Under the pieces are notes generated by a model. The model worked only from the letters and a program-made list of their open reading frames with translations. It ran no database searches and had not been told where the DNA came from. Below, piece after piece: positions 50,846-61,065 of a stretch of 64,000 bases of DNA (within the stretch, counting starts at the first letter, position 1; each line of letters opens with the position of its first letter). Location of the stretch: the NCBI GenBank assembly GCA_039028615.1, contig JBCCHT010000006.1:1-64000 (forward strand), written 5' to 3'. This DNA is from Myxococcota bacterium. GTDB lineage: Bacteria; Myxococcota_A; Polyangia; Nannocystales; Nannocystaceae. The translations under genes and the position numbers were made by a program.

Positions 50846-51896
50846 CGGTCTCGCCTCGTGCCTCGAAGGCCGCCACCGCGCTCTCGATCTCGCCGCACAC
50901 GTCGTCGCGGGCCGCCTTGGCGGCGACCTTGATCGCGTTGGCGATGGCCTGCGCCCCGCTCCGCCCGTGCGCCTTGATGATCGGAGCGGAGAAGCCCAGC
51001 AGCGGCGCGCCGCCGTACTCGCGGTAGTCGGTGACGTCCTTGAGCCGACGAAGCCCCCCGGACAGCAGCACCAAGCCCATGCGCCACAAGAAGCTCTGCT
51101 TGAACGCCCACTGGCCCAGGTTCTTGAACACCTCGTTGACGCCCTCGGCCATCTTGAGGGTCACGTTGCCCGTGAAGCCCTCGCACACGATGACGTCGGC
51201 CGCCCCCTTGGGGATGTCGCCGCCCTCGACGTTGCCGATGAAGTTGAGCAGCGGGTCGCCCTTCATGTAGCGGTGGGCATCCTGGAGGGTCTGGTCGCCC
51301 TTGGTCTCCTCGGTGCCCATGTTGAGCAACGCCACCGTCGGGCGGGTGACCTTGGAGATTCGGCTGGCGTAGGCGTGGCCCATGTAGCCGAAAAAGAGCA
51401 GGTCCGTCGCGCGGCAGCGCACGGTCGCCCCCACGTCGAGCAGCAAGGCGAAGCGATCGGGATTGTTGGCGCGCTGCTGGGTCGGATACACCGCGGCCAA
51501 GGCCGAGCGCTTCACTCCGGGGATCATCGGCACCTTCATCGCCGACGCGAGCACCAGGGCTCCGGTGGACCCGGCCGACACCAGGGCATCCGCCTCCTTG
51601 GCGGCGACCATCTTCGATGCCACCAGGATCGACGCGTCGGGCTTGGCCTCCAGCGCGGGGCGAGGCTTCTCGTCCTGCCCCACCACCTGCGTCGCCTCGA
51701 CCAGATCGATGCGCCGCGGTTCGTGCTCCACCTCGGCCAGCTCGGCCTTGATGGCGTCGAGGTTGCCCGTCAGCGCAATGTTGATCTCGGTATCGAGGGA
51801 CACCTGCGCGGCTGCGCGGACGACCTCTCGCGGCGCATGGTCGCCTCCCATGGCGTCTACGGCGATACGAAAACTGCGCTCGGCCACGGCGCTCAT
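50826..51896 (-). CDS. plsX: Phosphate acyltransferase PlsX
   Basis: IAVDAMGGDHAP, VSAGSTGA, NMGTEETKG, FIGNVEG, GNVTLK, YGGAPLLG, KAHGRS. Confidence 0.95.
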   Translation of the reverse strand: MSAVAERSFRIAVDAMGGDHAPREVVRAAAQVSLDTEINIALTGNLDAIKAELAEVEHEPRRIDLVEATQVVGQDEKPRPALEAKPDASILVASKMVAAKEADALVSAGSTGALVLASAMKVPMIPGVKRSALAAVYPTQQRANNPDRFALLLDVGATVRCRATDLLFFGYMGHAYASRISKVTRPTVALLNMGTEETKGDQTLQDAHRYMKGDPLLNFIGNVEGGDIPKGAADVIVCEGFTGNVTLKMAEGVNEVFKNLGQWAFKQSFLWRMGLVLLSGGLRRLKDVTDYREYGGAPLLGFSAPIIKAHGRSGAQAIANAIKVAAKAARDDVCGEIESAVAAFEARGETDADLAG

Positions 51897-51936
51897 CGTA
51901 GCAGCGCAGGCGCCTCGTTCGCGATACGCTGGGCCC

Positions 51937-52746
51937 ATGGACTTGCGGAAGTCGATGATCTTGGGGGGTTGGGTGTTGAGTATGGGCTTGGGCTGTAGCC
52001 CCATCGAGCCCGAGGTCACCGGGGGAAGCTCGGGCACCGAAGACGGCAGCGGGACCGCGAGTGACGATTCCGAGCCCTCCGTGCCCGCCAACCCCAGCGC
52101 GAGCGACACGGGGATGTCCGCCGACGGCACCTCGGCCGACTCCGCCATGGGCACGGATTCGACGTCGAGCTCCACGGGCGAGCCGCCCACCGACACCACC
52201 ACCGAGGATTGCCCGCTCGGCACCGAAGGCTGCTCCTGCGACGACGAAGAGGGTTGCGACGAGGGCCTCGAGTGCAGCGACGCGGGCACCTGCGAGACCC
52301 CGCCGCCGTGCATGTCCATCGACGCCGAGATTCACGACGACGAGGCCACCGCCACCCCGCTGACCGAGCTCGACTGCGGCAACACCTCGGACCTCGGCCT
52401 CATCGGCACCATCGATGGGACCGAGACCGACTGGTACACCTTCTACGGCAACCACGAGTTCATCGGCTGCAACGAGCGCCCGGGCGCCGCCGTCGATTCC
52501 GATGTTCCACTGGAGGTCTGCGTGTTCATCAGCTGCGACAGCGGCAACCGCCAGAGCATCGAGTGCGACGGCGGAAACACGACGGAGATGTCGCCCGAGG
52601 GTCGGCCCGGCTGCTGCGGCACGGACTCGGCGGGCATGGAGGACTACGGATGCTCGTCGCTCACCAACGACGATGTCTTCGTGTGGATCTCCGTCACCTC
52701 CGAGGCCCCGGTCTGCGCCAACTACGGGCTGTCCTACGATTTCTGA
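51937..52746 (+). CDS. Cys-rich hypothetical lipoprotein
   Basis: GLGC lipobox; Ser/Thr linker; CPLGTEGCSC; ETDWYTF (PPC-like). Confidence 0.75.
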   Translation: MDLRKSMILGGWVLSMGLGCSPIEPEVTGGSSGTEDGSGTASDDSEPSVPANPSASDTGMSADGTSADSAMGTDSTSSSTGEPPTDTTTEDCPLGTEGCSCDDEEGCDEGLECSDAGTCETPPPCMSIDAEIHDDEATATPLTELDCGNTSDLGLIGTIDGTETDWYTFYGNHEFIGCNERPGAAVDSDVPLEVCVFISCDSGNRQSIECDGGNTTEMSPEGRPGCCGTDSAGMEDYGCSSLTNDDVFVWISVTSEAPVCANYGLSYDF

Positions 52747-53669
52747 GCCACGGTCGGGCCCGGCACCGCGAAGGCCAGCCGCTCGAACCACTGGACGCAG
52801 AAGTCGACGAAGGCGCGCACGTTGGGCGCCACGTAGCGGCTGCTCGGGTACACCAGGTGGAAGGGCGAGGACATCGACTTGTAGTCGGGGAGGATCATCT
52901 TCAGCTGCGCTTGGCGGACCGGCTCCACCCCGAGTGAGTCGGGCAGAAAGGCGATGCCCGCCCCGTGCATCAGGGCCACGCGCACGAAGCCAAAATCCTG
53001 GGTGGAGATGCGTCCGCGGACGGTCACCGATTCCGAGCGCCCGTCGGGCCCCTCCAGCGTCCACTCCATCTGGCCATGCCGCGCACGAAACAGGATGCAG
53101 TCGTGGTCGGCGAGCTCCGCGATCGTCTGGGGCTCACCGTGCTGCTCCAGGTACTGCGGAGACGCGAACAGGTGCGCCTGGCTCATGCCCACCGCCCGCG
53201 CGATCAGGCTGGAGTCCTCGAGCTTGCCCGCACGCAGCGCGACGTCGAAGCCCTCGGCGATGAGGTCGACGCGGCGCTGAGTCAGCTCCACCTCGAGCTG
53301 GACCTTGGGGTACCGCGCACAGAACTCGGCCACGATCTGCCCCACGCCCTCGTTCCAGTCCGACGGCGCCGTGATCCGTAGTCGCCCTTTCGGCTCGCCC
53401 ATCAGCTCGGCCACCGAGCGCGCGGCGTCGGCCAGCTGCGCCACCGCCCCCGTGACCTGGGCGTGATAGCTCTCGCCCACGTCGGTCAGCCGTTGCCGCC
53501 GCGTCGAACGCTCGAGCAAGCGCGCCCCCAGCTGATCTTCGAGTCGAGCCACCCGCCGCGACACGTTGGACTTGGCCAGCCCCAGCCGATCGGCGGCCGC
53601 GGTGAAGCTGCCCGTGTCGACCACGGCCAAAAACGCGGTCACATCCTGGAGATCGGGGGGTTCGTCCAT
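52734..53669 (-). CDS. LysR-family transcriptional regulator (CrgA-like)
   Basis: GSFTAAA...SRRVARLEDQLGARLLERSTR; VDLIAEGFDVALR. Confidence 0.95.
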   Translation of the reverse strand: MDEPPDLQDVTAFLAVVDTGSFTAAADRLGLAKSNVSRRVARLEDQLGARLLERSTRRQRLTDVGESYHAQVTGAVAQLADAARSVAELMGEPKGRLRITAPSDWNEGVGQIVAEFCARYPKVQLEVELTQRRVDLIAEGFDVALRAGKLEDSSLIARAVGMSQAHLFASPQYLEQHGEPQTIAELADHDCILFRARHGQMEWTLEGPDGRSESVTVRGRISTQDFGFVRVALMHGAGIAFLPDSLGVEPVRQAQLKMILPDYKSMSSPFHLVYPSSRYVAPNVRAFVDFCVQWFERLAFAVPGPTVAQKS

Positions 53670-53670
53670 T

Positions 53671-53687
53671 GTTGCGGATCATAGAAC
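53671..53687. promoter_or_regulatory. Candidate LysR binding site (GTT-N11-AAC, T-N11-A)
   Basis: GTTGCGGATCATAGAAC directly upstream of the LysR start, between divergent lysR and doxX. Confidence 0.55.
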
Positions 53688-53763
53688 GACGAGTTGTCGG
53701 ATGGCGCCCTACCGGCCCCCATCGCCTGGTCGCATGCTCGAAGCAGCCCAAGGAGAACGAGAA

Positions 53764-54219
53764 ATGTCCGACGCAATCCGCTCCAAGCTCCCCACCGCCG
53801 CCCGCATCCTGCTGGGGCTCGCTTTCTTCGTCTTCGGCCTCAACGGCTTCCTGCAGTTCGCGCCCAATCCCCCCATGCCCGAAGAGGCGGGGGCCTTCAT
53901 GGGCGCGCTGGCCGCGACCGGATACATGTTCCCGCTCATCAAGGGCACCGAGGTCGTGGCCGGCCTGCTGCTGCTCGGCGGACGCTTCGTCCCGCTGGCG
54001 CTGGTGCTGCTGGCCCCCATCCTCGTGAACATCGTGCTCTTCCACGTGGTGCTCGCGCCCGCCAACATGGCGATGGTCTTCGTGCTGCTCGCGCTCGAGC
54101 TGTACCTCGCGTGGGCCTACCGCGACTCGTTCCGCGCCGTGCTGCAGGCCGACGCTCGGCCCACCGCCAACAGCCCCGCGGCGGGTGGAGTCCTTCGCGA
54201 AGCCACCGCCACCCGCTAG
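53764..54219 (+). CDS. DoxX-family membrane protein
   Basis: ARILLGLAFFVFGLNGF, EVVAGLLLL, PILVNIVLFH; AAGGAG upstream. Confidence 0.88.
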   Translation: MSDAIRSKLPTAARILLGLAFFVFGLNGFLQFAPNPPMPEEAGAFMGALAATGYMFPLIKGTEVVAGLLLLGGRFVPLALVLLAPILVNIVLFHVVLAPANMAMVFVLLALELYLAWAYRDSFRAVLQADARPTANSPAAGGVLREATATR

Positions 54220-54235
54220 TCCGACCGGACCCACG

Positions 54236-54265
54236 AGCACCACCACCCTTCGGGGTGGTGGTGCT
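54236..54265 (+). terminator. Stable hairpin (cUUCGg loop), probable terminator after doxX
   Basis: AGCACCACCACCC-TTCG-GGGTGGTGGTGCT; weak U-tract. Confidence 0.65.
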
Positions 54266-54419
54266 TGGTCGTGGTTGCGAGACTGCGCGGCCCGAGAAAC
54301 TTCGCGCGGGCCGTGATCCGAAGCGTGCCCGCGGGACTCTATCCCCGCCGAGACACGGAACGCTGCGCCGGGATTTTTGGCCTGGCGGGCGCTCCGTCCG
54401 TGCCTCGAAGGGGATCCCC

Positions 54420-56009
54420 ATGAAGTCTTCCACGCGCGCCCTGTCCCTCGTCGCCCCCGTGCTCGGCGGCCTCATGCTGTGCTCGTTCGCCTCCGAGGCC
54501 TCCGCCGCGGCGTTCATCGTCACCAGCAACGCCGACGAAAACGACGACGACCTCACCGACGATCTGTGCATCACCGCCTCGGGCACCTGCACCCTGCGCG
54601 CCGCCATCGAGCAGGCCAATGCCATCGACACCGAGGCGCACACCATCGACATCCCCGGGGTCGTGGGCACCATCGTCATCACGCAGACCGGCGTTCCCAA
54701 CAACGACGCCGCCTGGGGCGACCTCGACATCGACGGCGACATCACCATCGTCGGCGACGGGAACATCATCGACGGCAACGGCACCGACCGCATCTTCCAC
54801 GTGCTGATCGGCGCCAGCCTCACCGCCTCCGAGCTCACGTTGCAAAATGGTTGGGGCGACACCTCGGGCGGCGCCATCTACAACCAGGCCGACCTCACGC
54901 TCATCGACTCGACGCTGATCTTCAACACCAGCACGGGCGAGGGCGGAGGCATCGAGAGCATCGCGGGGAGCTCCACCGTGCTCGAGGGCTGCCGCATCAC
55001 CGAGAACTCCAGCACCCGAGGCGGCGGCGTGTACTCGGCGGGCGACCTCGAGATCGTCGACAGCACCATCGACCTCAACGTCGCGACCTACGGCGCCGGC
55101 CTGTACCTGACGCATACCGGGGCTCCGGCGGCCTCGATTACCGGCAGCTTCATCGGCACCAACGACGCGACCTCTCAGGGCGGCGGCATCTGGACCTCGA
55201 GGCCCGTCGACATCCTCGGAACCCGCATCGAGGCCAACTCCGCCGATGACTTCGGTGGCGGCATCTATGCCTACTTCGGCGACGCGGTGGTCGACGTGTT
55301 CAAGTCGGACCTCGTGGGCAATGCCGCCGACAACGGCGGCGGGCTCTACAACAACCGAGGCGACACCGCCCTGCGGCGCGTCAACGTAGTGTTCAACACC
55401 GCGACCACGGCCGGCGGCGGCATCTACAATCAGGGCCCGCTGATCATGCGCCGCAGCGCCGTGTTCAACAACGACGCCGCCGCGGGTGCGGGGCTGTACA
55501 ACTACTTCTTCGACGCCGACCTGACCGCGCTCAACACCACCTTCAGTGGCAACGACGCGACGGGAACCGGCGGCGGCCTGTGGCTGGGCTCGAACTCCAC
55601 CGCTCGCTTCAACAACGTCACCGTCACCAACAACACCGGGCTCGGCGGAGGCCTCCAGGCGTGGGCCGGAGCGTCGGCCGAGTTCATCAATACCCTGGTG
55701 GCGGGCAACGTGGACGGGGGCGGCCTGCCCTCGGACTGCAGCGGCCCCATCGTCTCCAACGGTCACAACCTCATCGAGGACACCGCTGCCTGCACGATCA
55801 CCGGGCCCGCGACCAACGACATCTACGCCACCGCTCCCGATCTGGGGCCGCTGTCCATGAACGGCGGTCGCTCGCCGACCCACGAGCTGCTGCCCACCAG
55901 CGCCGCGCTGGAGGCCGGCGATGCGGCGACCTGTCGAGGCGTGGACCAACGCGGCGAGCCCCGCCCGGGCGGGGCCGTCTGCGACATCGGTTCCTTCGAG
56001 CGTCAGTGA
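54420..56009 (+). CDS. Secreted CSLREA-type parallel beta-helix protein with choice-of-anchor Q domain
   Basis: Signal peptide; CTLRAAIEQAN; many GGG(I/L)Y repeats; DQRG...CDIGSFE. Confidence 0.88.
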   Translation: MKSSTRALSLVAPVLGGLMLCSFASEASAAAFIVTSNADENDDDLTDDLCITASGTCTLRAAIEQANAIDTEAHTIDIPGVVGTIVITQTGVPNNDAAWGDLDIDGDITIVGDGNIIDGNGTDRIFHVLIGASLTASELTLQNGWGDTSGGAIYNQADLTLIDSTLIFNTSTGEGGGIESIAGSSTVLEGCRITENSSTRGGGVYSAGDLEIVDSTIDLNVATYGAGLYLTHTGAPAASITGSFIGTNDATSQGGGIWTSRPVDILGTRIEANSADDFGGGIYAYFGDAVVDVFKSDLVGNAADNGGGLYNNRGDTALRRVNVVFNTATTAGGGIYNQGPLIMRRSAVFNNDAAAGAGLYNYFFDADLTALNTTFSGNDATGTGGGLWLGSNSTARFNNVTVTNNTGLGGGLQAWAGASAEFINTLVAGNVDGGGLPSDCSGPIVSNGHNLIEDTAACTITGPATNDIYATAPDLGPLSMNGGRSPTHELLPTSAALEAGDAATCRGVDQRGEPRPGGAVCDIGSFERQ

Positions 56010-56112
56010 GTCGCTCCGGTCGACCCACGGCCTGGCGCCGACGAATCGGTCGGGGCGGCGTCAGGCCCGGGTCGACCGACATTCGGCACCAGACCGTGGC
56101 ATGGTTGCTGGG

Positions 56113-56649
56113 ATGTCCTCTCGCTCGCTCCGCAATCGGCTCATGGCCGCGGCGCTCGGCTTCGGCTTGGTCGCGCTGGGCGTGTACCTGGCCCCCTCCG
56201 AGGCCTACGAGATCCAGCAGCCCTTCCGCGACGGCGGCGAGCAACAGATGGCCACCGTGGTCTCGACGGGCGCTGGCTCCCGGAGCTACGAGGCGGGCGG
56301 CCAGCACGGGGGAACCCGAACCTACGAGGTGCTCACCGTCGACGTCGAGCTGGACAGCGGGCGAACCGTGCGCATCGATCACCTCGTGCTGGCCCGCGAC
56401 CACGAGCGGTTATCGCCCGGCGACGAAGTCTCGGTGACGCTGATTCGGGGAGAAATGACCAAGGCCCTGCCCCGCGGGCCCTTCTACTTGCTGACCAGCT
56501 CGGTCGACGCGGGCACGATGGACCTGCTCGGCTGGACCTTCAACGGGCGGCCCGCGAGCGGAAAGGCCATTGCCGCTCTCATCCCCGGGCTCATCCTCCT
56601 GATGTTCGTGGGAGCGCTGACCATCGATCGTCTTCGTACGCGAGAGTAA
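56113..56649 (+). CDS. Hypothetical membrane protein
   Basis: N- and C-terminal TM helices flanking a beta-rich soluble region. Confidence 0.6.
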   Translation: MSSRSLRNRLMAAALGFGLVALGVYLAPSEAYEIQQPFRDGGEQQMATVVSTGAGSRSYEAGGQHGGTRTYEVLTVDVELDSGRTVRIDHLVLARDHERLSPGDEVSVTLIRGEMTKALPRGPFYLLTSSVDAGTMDLLGWTFNGRPASGKAIAALIPGLILLMFVGALTIDRLRTRE

Positions 56650-56705
56650 TCGAGGCCCGCCGCGTTGCGGCCGTTGCAGGCGTGTTCGGTGGTAAATTCG
56701 TCGCG

Positions 56706-58739
56706 ATGGATGGGGCGAGATTGGGGGCAGTGCTTGCATCGGCGTTGCTGGCGAGCTGCACGAACACAGAGCCGCCGGCCGATGGCGATGCGACCCGCGG
56801 CGACGCCACGAGCACCTCGACACCGTCGGCCACGGGGGCCGACGGACCGGAAACGACGACGACGGGTGCCGCCGACACGACCGGTGCTGCCGACACGACC
56901 AGCGGCGGCAGCTCGGGCGACGACAGCACCACCAGCGACGAGTCCACGGGCGACGAGCTGCCTCCCTGCACCACGCCGGCCGTGGACGGCCGCCTCGTGC
57001 ACGGACCCGCCTCACCGCTCGTCGATGTCGATCCATCCTGCGGTCGGCTGACCTACGGGCAGTACGCCAATCAGGGCCAGGCCGACGCCGTGCACGTGCT
57101 GCCCGACTTCTCGTTCGCCGGATACATGCGAGGGGGTGTCGCGCTGCCCGACGTGCCCACGGTGGTGACGCTCAATCCCGAGGCCGGCGACAACCGGGCC
57201 GCGATCCAGGCCGCCATCGACGAGGTGAGCGCCATGGAGCCGGACGCCGACGGTCTTCGAGGGGCCGTGTTGCTGACCGCGGGCACCTACGAGGTCGGCG
57301 ATTCCGTGCTGCTCCACACCAGCGGCGTGGTGCTCCGCGGCGAAGGCCAGGGCAGCGCGGGCACCACCCTCGTCGCGACCCGTCCCGAGCAACACGACCT
57401 CGTCGTCGTCTCCAGCGGGAGCACGGGGCCGACCGAGGTCGCCGACACCCGCGTGGCGATCACCAGCGAGCTCGTGCCCGTGGGGGCGCGGTCGCTCGAG
57501 GTCGCCGACGGCCGCGGCTTCTCCGTCGGCGACACCGTCACCGTGGTCCGCATCCCCAACCAGACCTGGATCGATGACCTCGAGATGGGCCAGTGGGGCT
57601 GGACGCCCGAGGCCTACGACATCGGATTCGAGCGGGTCGTCACCGAGGTCGATGGCGATACGCTGACTGTCGACATCCCCATCGTCGACGCCATCGAGTC
57701 GCAGTACGGCGGCGGGGCGGTCGCCCGGGTCGATGTCTCCGATCGGATCGAGCAGGTCGGCGTCGAAGATCTCCGGCTGCAATCGGCCTTCCAGGCGCCC
57801 GACGACGAAGCCCACGGCTGGAACGCCGTCGCGCTGCGGGGCGCAGCCAACTCCTGGGTGCGCCGCGTCACCGCCCTGCACTTCGGCTACGCCGCCGTCA
57901 CCCTGGTCGACTCGAGCTTCAACACCGTCGAAGAGGTCGCCCAGCTCGACCCCGTCTCGCAGATCGCGGGCGGTCGGCGCTACTCGTTCAACATCGCGGG
58001 CCGCGGCACGGGCAACCTGTTCAGCCGCTGCTTCGCCCGCGAAGGTCGCCACAACTTCGTCACGAGCTCGCGAGTCCCGGGGCCCCACGTGTGGCTCGAC
58101 TCGCTTTCGGTCCAGAACAACAGCGACGAGGGGCCGCACCACCGCTGGGCCACGGGCTTGCTCTTCGACAACACCGCCTCCCAGCTCTTCAACGCGCAGA
58201 ACCGGGCTGACTCGGGCTCAGGGCACGGTTGGGCGGGAGCGCAGATCCTCTTCTGGAACATCCTCGCCACCGCCACCGTGGTCAACGATGCACCGCAGGG
58301 CGCCATGAACTGGGTGGTGGGCGGTGACGGCACCCGATCCGACAGCGGCTTCACCCCCGACGAGCCCGACGGTTGGTGGGAGTCGTGGCAGAGCACCGTG
58401 ACCCCGCGCAGTCTCTACCTCGCGCAGCTCGAAGACCGCCTCGGCCCCGAGGCCGTGGCCAACGTCACCATCCCCGAGCAGCTCGAGGGCGACATCTGGT
58501 CGCTGCTCAACGGCTGGGCGGGCGAAGGTCGTCTGGCGGATGCGACCCCCGAGGATCCCGTGGTGTGCACGGGAATCCTGTCGGGTAGCGGCGCGGCGTG
58601 TTGCCCCGCGTCGTGTGGCGCCTGCGGAGGCGCCGGCTGCAGCGGGTTCCCCGGCGGCGGCGACAACTGCTGCGAGGGCACCATCGTCGCAGCGGGCCTC
58701 AGCTGCGCCGACTTCCCGCCGCCCTGCGTCATGCCCTGA
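56706..58739 (+). CDS. Lipoprotein with pectin-lyase-like beta-helix (probable polysaccharide lyase) and C-terminal Cys-rich module
   Basis: LASC lipobox; LPDFSFAGY, IQAAID, SGVVLRGEG, HHRWATGLLFDN, GHGWAG, PRSLYLAQL. Confidence 0.8.
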   Translation: MDGARLGAVLASALLASCTNTEPPADGDATRGDATSTSTPSATGADGPETTTTGAADTTGAADTTSGGSSGDDSTTSDESTGDELPPCTTPAVDGRLVHGPASPLVDVDPSCGRLTYGQYANQGQADAVHVLPDFSFAGYMRGGVALPDVPTVVTLNPEAGDNRAAIQAAIDEVSAMEPDADGLRGAVLLTAGTYEVGDSVLLHTSGVVLRGEGQGSAGTTLVATRPEQHDLVVVSSGSTGPTEVADTRVAITSELVPVGARSLEVADGRGFSVGDTVTVVRIPNQTWIDDLEMGQWGWTPEAYDIGFERVVTEVDGDTLTVDIPIVDAIESQYGGGAVARVDVSDRIEQVGVEDLRLQSAFQAPDDEAHGWNAVALRGAANSWVRRVTALHFGYAAVTLVDSSFNTVEEVAQLDPVSQIAGGRRYSFNIAGRGTGNLFSRCFAREGRHNFVTSSRVPGPHVWLDSLSVQNNSDEGPHHRWATGLLFDNTASQLFNAQNRADSGSGHGWAGAQILFWNILATATVVNDAPQGAMNWVVGGDGTRSDSGFTPDEPDGWWESWQSTVTPRSLYLAQLEDRLGPEAVANVTIPEQLEGDIWSLLNGWAGEGRLADATPEDPVVCTGILSGSGAACCPASCGACGGAGCSGFPGGGDNCCEGTIVAAGLSCADFPPPCVMP

Positions 58740-58762
58740 GCATCAGGGCCACCGAAACGGGC

Positions 58763-59530
58763 TCACGAATCGTCGCCCCCGTCGAGGACGCGGGCGCGGA
58801 CCTGCTGCTGGAGCTCACGCCAACCTTCGAGCAGCTCTTCACCCTGCTCCTCGATCTTCCGTCGCAGCTCCCCCACCTGCACGGCCGCGAGTTCGAACCA
58901 TCGAGACAGCGGCTCCATCGTGGGCGCGGACTCCATCGGCTCGTCCGCGCGTAGCGTAGGCAGCGGAAACTCGGCGGTGACGATGGGGCCGTCGGTGACG
59001 AACTCGACCTCGGGAGCGACGTCGCGGAGCAGCTCGGCCATGGAGCGATTGACGGCCAGGAAGTCACAGCGAAAGCGCTGCACGCCCCGCTCGGTGGCGG
59101 CGGCGATGAGGCGCAGCATCAGGCGTCCGCCGAGGCCCTGCCCCTGCATGCTGTCGAGGATGGCGAGCGCGGGCTCGGCCACCTCGGGCTCGGTGGGCAG
59201 ACAAATGAAGCGGCCGATGCCGAGGCCTTCGCCTTCGCGGCCGTCCTCGTCGAGCGCGACCACCCCCATGGCGAAGTGGCTCTCCCCGTCGACCTCGGTG
59301 AAGTAGCGGAGCTCGGCGTCGCTGAGGTCCTCTTTGTCGGTGAAAAACCGCAGATAGCGGGAATGGGGCGAGAGGCGCGCGAGCCCGGCCACGAGGTGTT
59401 GTTTGTCGGACGGGCGCACCAGACGAAGGCGGGCGCAGCTGCCGTTGCGCAGCGTGAGATCCTCGGCGTATTCGGGGCCAAAGGTCCGCATGGACTCGGC
59501 GGGCGGGCGGTCGTCGGCGGGCTCCGACAT
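58763..59530 (-). CDS. GNAT-family N-acetyltransferase
   Basis: LSPHSRYLRFF, AEPALAILDSMQGQGLG, NRSM. Confidence 0.85.
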   Translation of the reverse strand: MSEPADDRPPAESMRTFGPEYAEDLTLRNGSCARLRLVRPSDKQHLVAGLARLSPHSRYLRFFTDKEDLSDAELRYFTEVDGESHFAMGVVALDEDGREGEGLGIGRFICLPTEPEVAEPALAILDSMQGQGLGGRLMLRLIAAATERGVQRFRCDFLAVNRSMAELLRDVAPEVEFVTDGPIVTAEFPLPTLRADEPMESAPTMEPLSRWFELAAVQVGELRRKIEEQGEELLEGWRELQQQVRARVLDGGDDS

Positions 59531-59593
59531 GCGCTCAGGGTAGCGCCCGATCGCGGGCAGGCCAGCGCCGCGAGGCTGCTATGATGCACGGCG

Positions 59594-60391
59594 ATGGCCC
59601 CGCCCATTCGGCTCACCGCCGCCCAACAGCGCGCCATGGCCGAGCGCCACCGCCAGCGCCTCCAAAACTGCGAGCCCTGGTCAGCGGGCATGCCCTGGAA
59701 GCACGAGCTCCAGATTCAGGGGGACACCTACCGGGTGCTCGAGCTGTGGCCGGGGATCGTCGCTTCCGATGCGCCGGTCGACCGACTCGAGCCCGGGCAG
59801 TTCGTCGACTCGCCCACCGGTAAGTTCCGGTACTGCGTGCGGCTGCACCGAGCAGGGCAAACCCTACTGACGTGGTGGGGCAATCAAGTCGGCACCGTCC
59901 TGTTCGACAAAGACGTGATCATTCCCGCCCTGTACCAGGTGCGCGGGCCCGACGAGCCCGGCGATGGGCACTGGTCCGCGACGCCGTGGATGTCGCTGAC
60001 GCCGGCCGAGCTGATGACGCTGCGGCCAGGCACGCGCATGGCCAAAGGTCGCACGCTGGTCGCAGGGCTCGGGCTCGGGCACCAGCTCATCGAGGTCAGC
60101 AAGCGCGTGCAGGTCAAGCGCGTGATCCTGGTGGAGCTCGACCAAGAGCTGGTCGACTGGATCCTCCCTCGCATCCGGCCTCATATGAAAACGAGGCTCG
60201 ATGTCCACGTGGGTGACGCCTACGAGCTCATTCCGAAGCTCTCCGCCGACGTCGCGCTCATCGACATCTTCCCGGGCTACGGCGACGGCTTTCGCCGCGT
60301 CGAAGAGCTTGCGCGGGCGAGCCCGAAGATCAAGAAATTCTGGGGCTGGGGCACGTCGGAGATGACCGGCCGTGCCCAGTCCGGCGGCTGA
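59594..60391 (+). CDS. SAM-dependent methyltransferase-fold protein (spermidine-synthase-like)
   Basis: LVAGLGLG, VELDQELVD, GDAY, DIF. Confidence 0.7.
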   Translation: MAPPIRLTAAQQRAMAERHRQRLQNCEPWSAGMPWKHELQIQGDTYRVLELWPGIVASDAPVDRLEPGQFVDSPTGKFRYCVRLHRAGQTLLTWWGNQVGTVLFDKDVIIPALYQVRGPDEPGDGHWSATPWMSLTPAELMTLRPGTRMAKGRTLVAGLGLGHQLIEVSKRVQVKRVILVELDQELVDWILPRIRPHMKTRLDVHVGDAYELIPKLSADVALIDIFPGYGDGFRRVEELARASPKIKKFWGWGTSEMTGRAQSGG

Positions 60392-60639
60392 CCGCGTGTG
60401 CACCGACCAAGTGACCCGCGGTAGTTTCGACCTCCGCTCGGCGAGGCCTCGACGCCTCGCCGAGATGCCCCGAATTGAACCGCCCCCTCGGGCGAAGGCC
60501 TGCAGCGGCCTTGGTGAGTCCCACGAGCGGGCCCTGGTTCTGCCGGAAATCATGCGTTACGGTTGCGCCAGACTGAGGGCACTCTCCCTGGCTCGAATTC
60601 CACGGAGGGGACCTCAACTAGGAAAAACGAGACGAGAAG

Positions 60640-61047
60640 TTGTCCAAGAAAATCTTCGTAGGCGGCTTGGCATGGGCCACGGATGACGGTTCACTGCGCG
60701 CTGCTTTTGAGTCCTACGGCCCGGTGGAAGATGCGAAGGTCATCCTCGACCGCGAGACCGGACGGTCCCGGGGCTTCGGCTTCGTGACCATGCAAGATGA
60801 CAAAGACGCCCTCAAAGCGATGGAGGAGCTCGACGGGTCGGAACTCGACGGTCGGCAGATCCGTGTGAACGAGGCCCAAGAGCGCTCGCGTGGCGGTGGC
60901 GGTGGCCGCGGTGGCGGTGGTGGCTACGGCGGTGGCGGTGGCGGTGGCGGCGGCTACGGTGGTGGCCGCGGCGGCGGCGGATACGGTGGCGGTGGCTTCA
61001 ACGACCGTGGCGGTGGCCGAGGCGGCCGCGGTGGCGGACGCTATTAG
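60640..61047 (+). CDS. RRM RNA-binding protein with Gly/Arg-rich tail
   Basis: RNP2 IFVGGL, RNP1 RGFGFVTM, RGG/YGG tail; TTG start. Confidence 0.93.
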   Translation: MSKKIFVGGLAWATDDGSLRAAFESYGPVEDAKVILDRETGRSRGFGFVTMQDDKDALKAMEELDGSELDGRQIRVNEAQERSRGGGGGRGGGGGYGGGGGGGGGYGGGRGGGGYGGGGFNDRGGGRGGRGGGRY

Positions 61048-61065
61048 GCGAAGCCTCGCTCCCGT

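Noticed and set aside
60890..61040. GGT/GGC microsatellite-like run
   Set aside because: Encodes the normal Gly/Arg-rich tail of the RRM protein.
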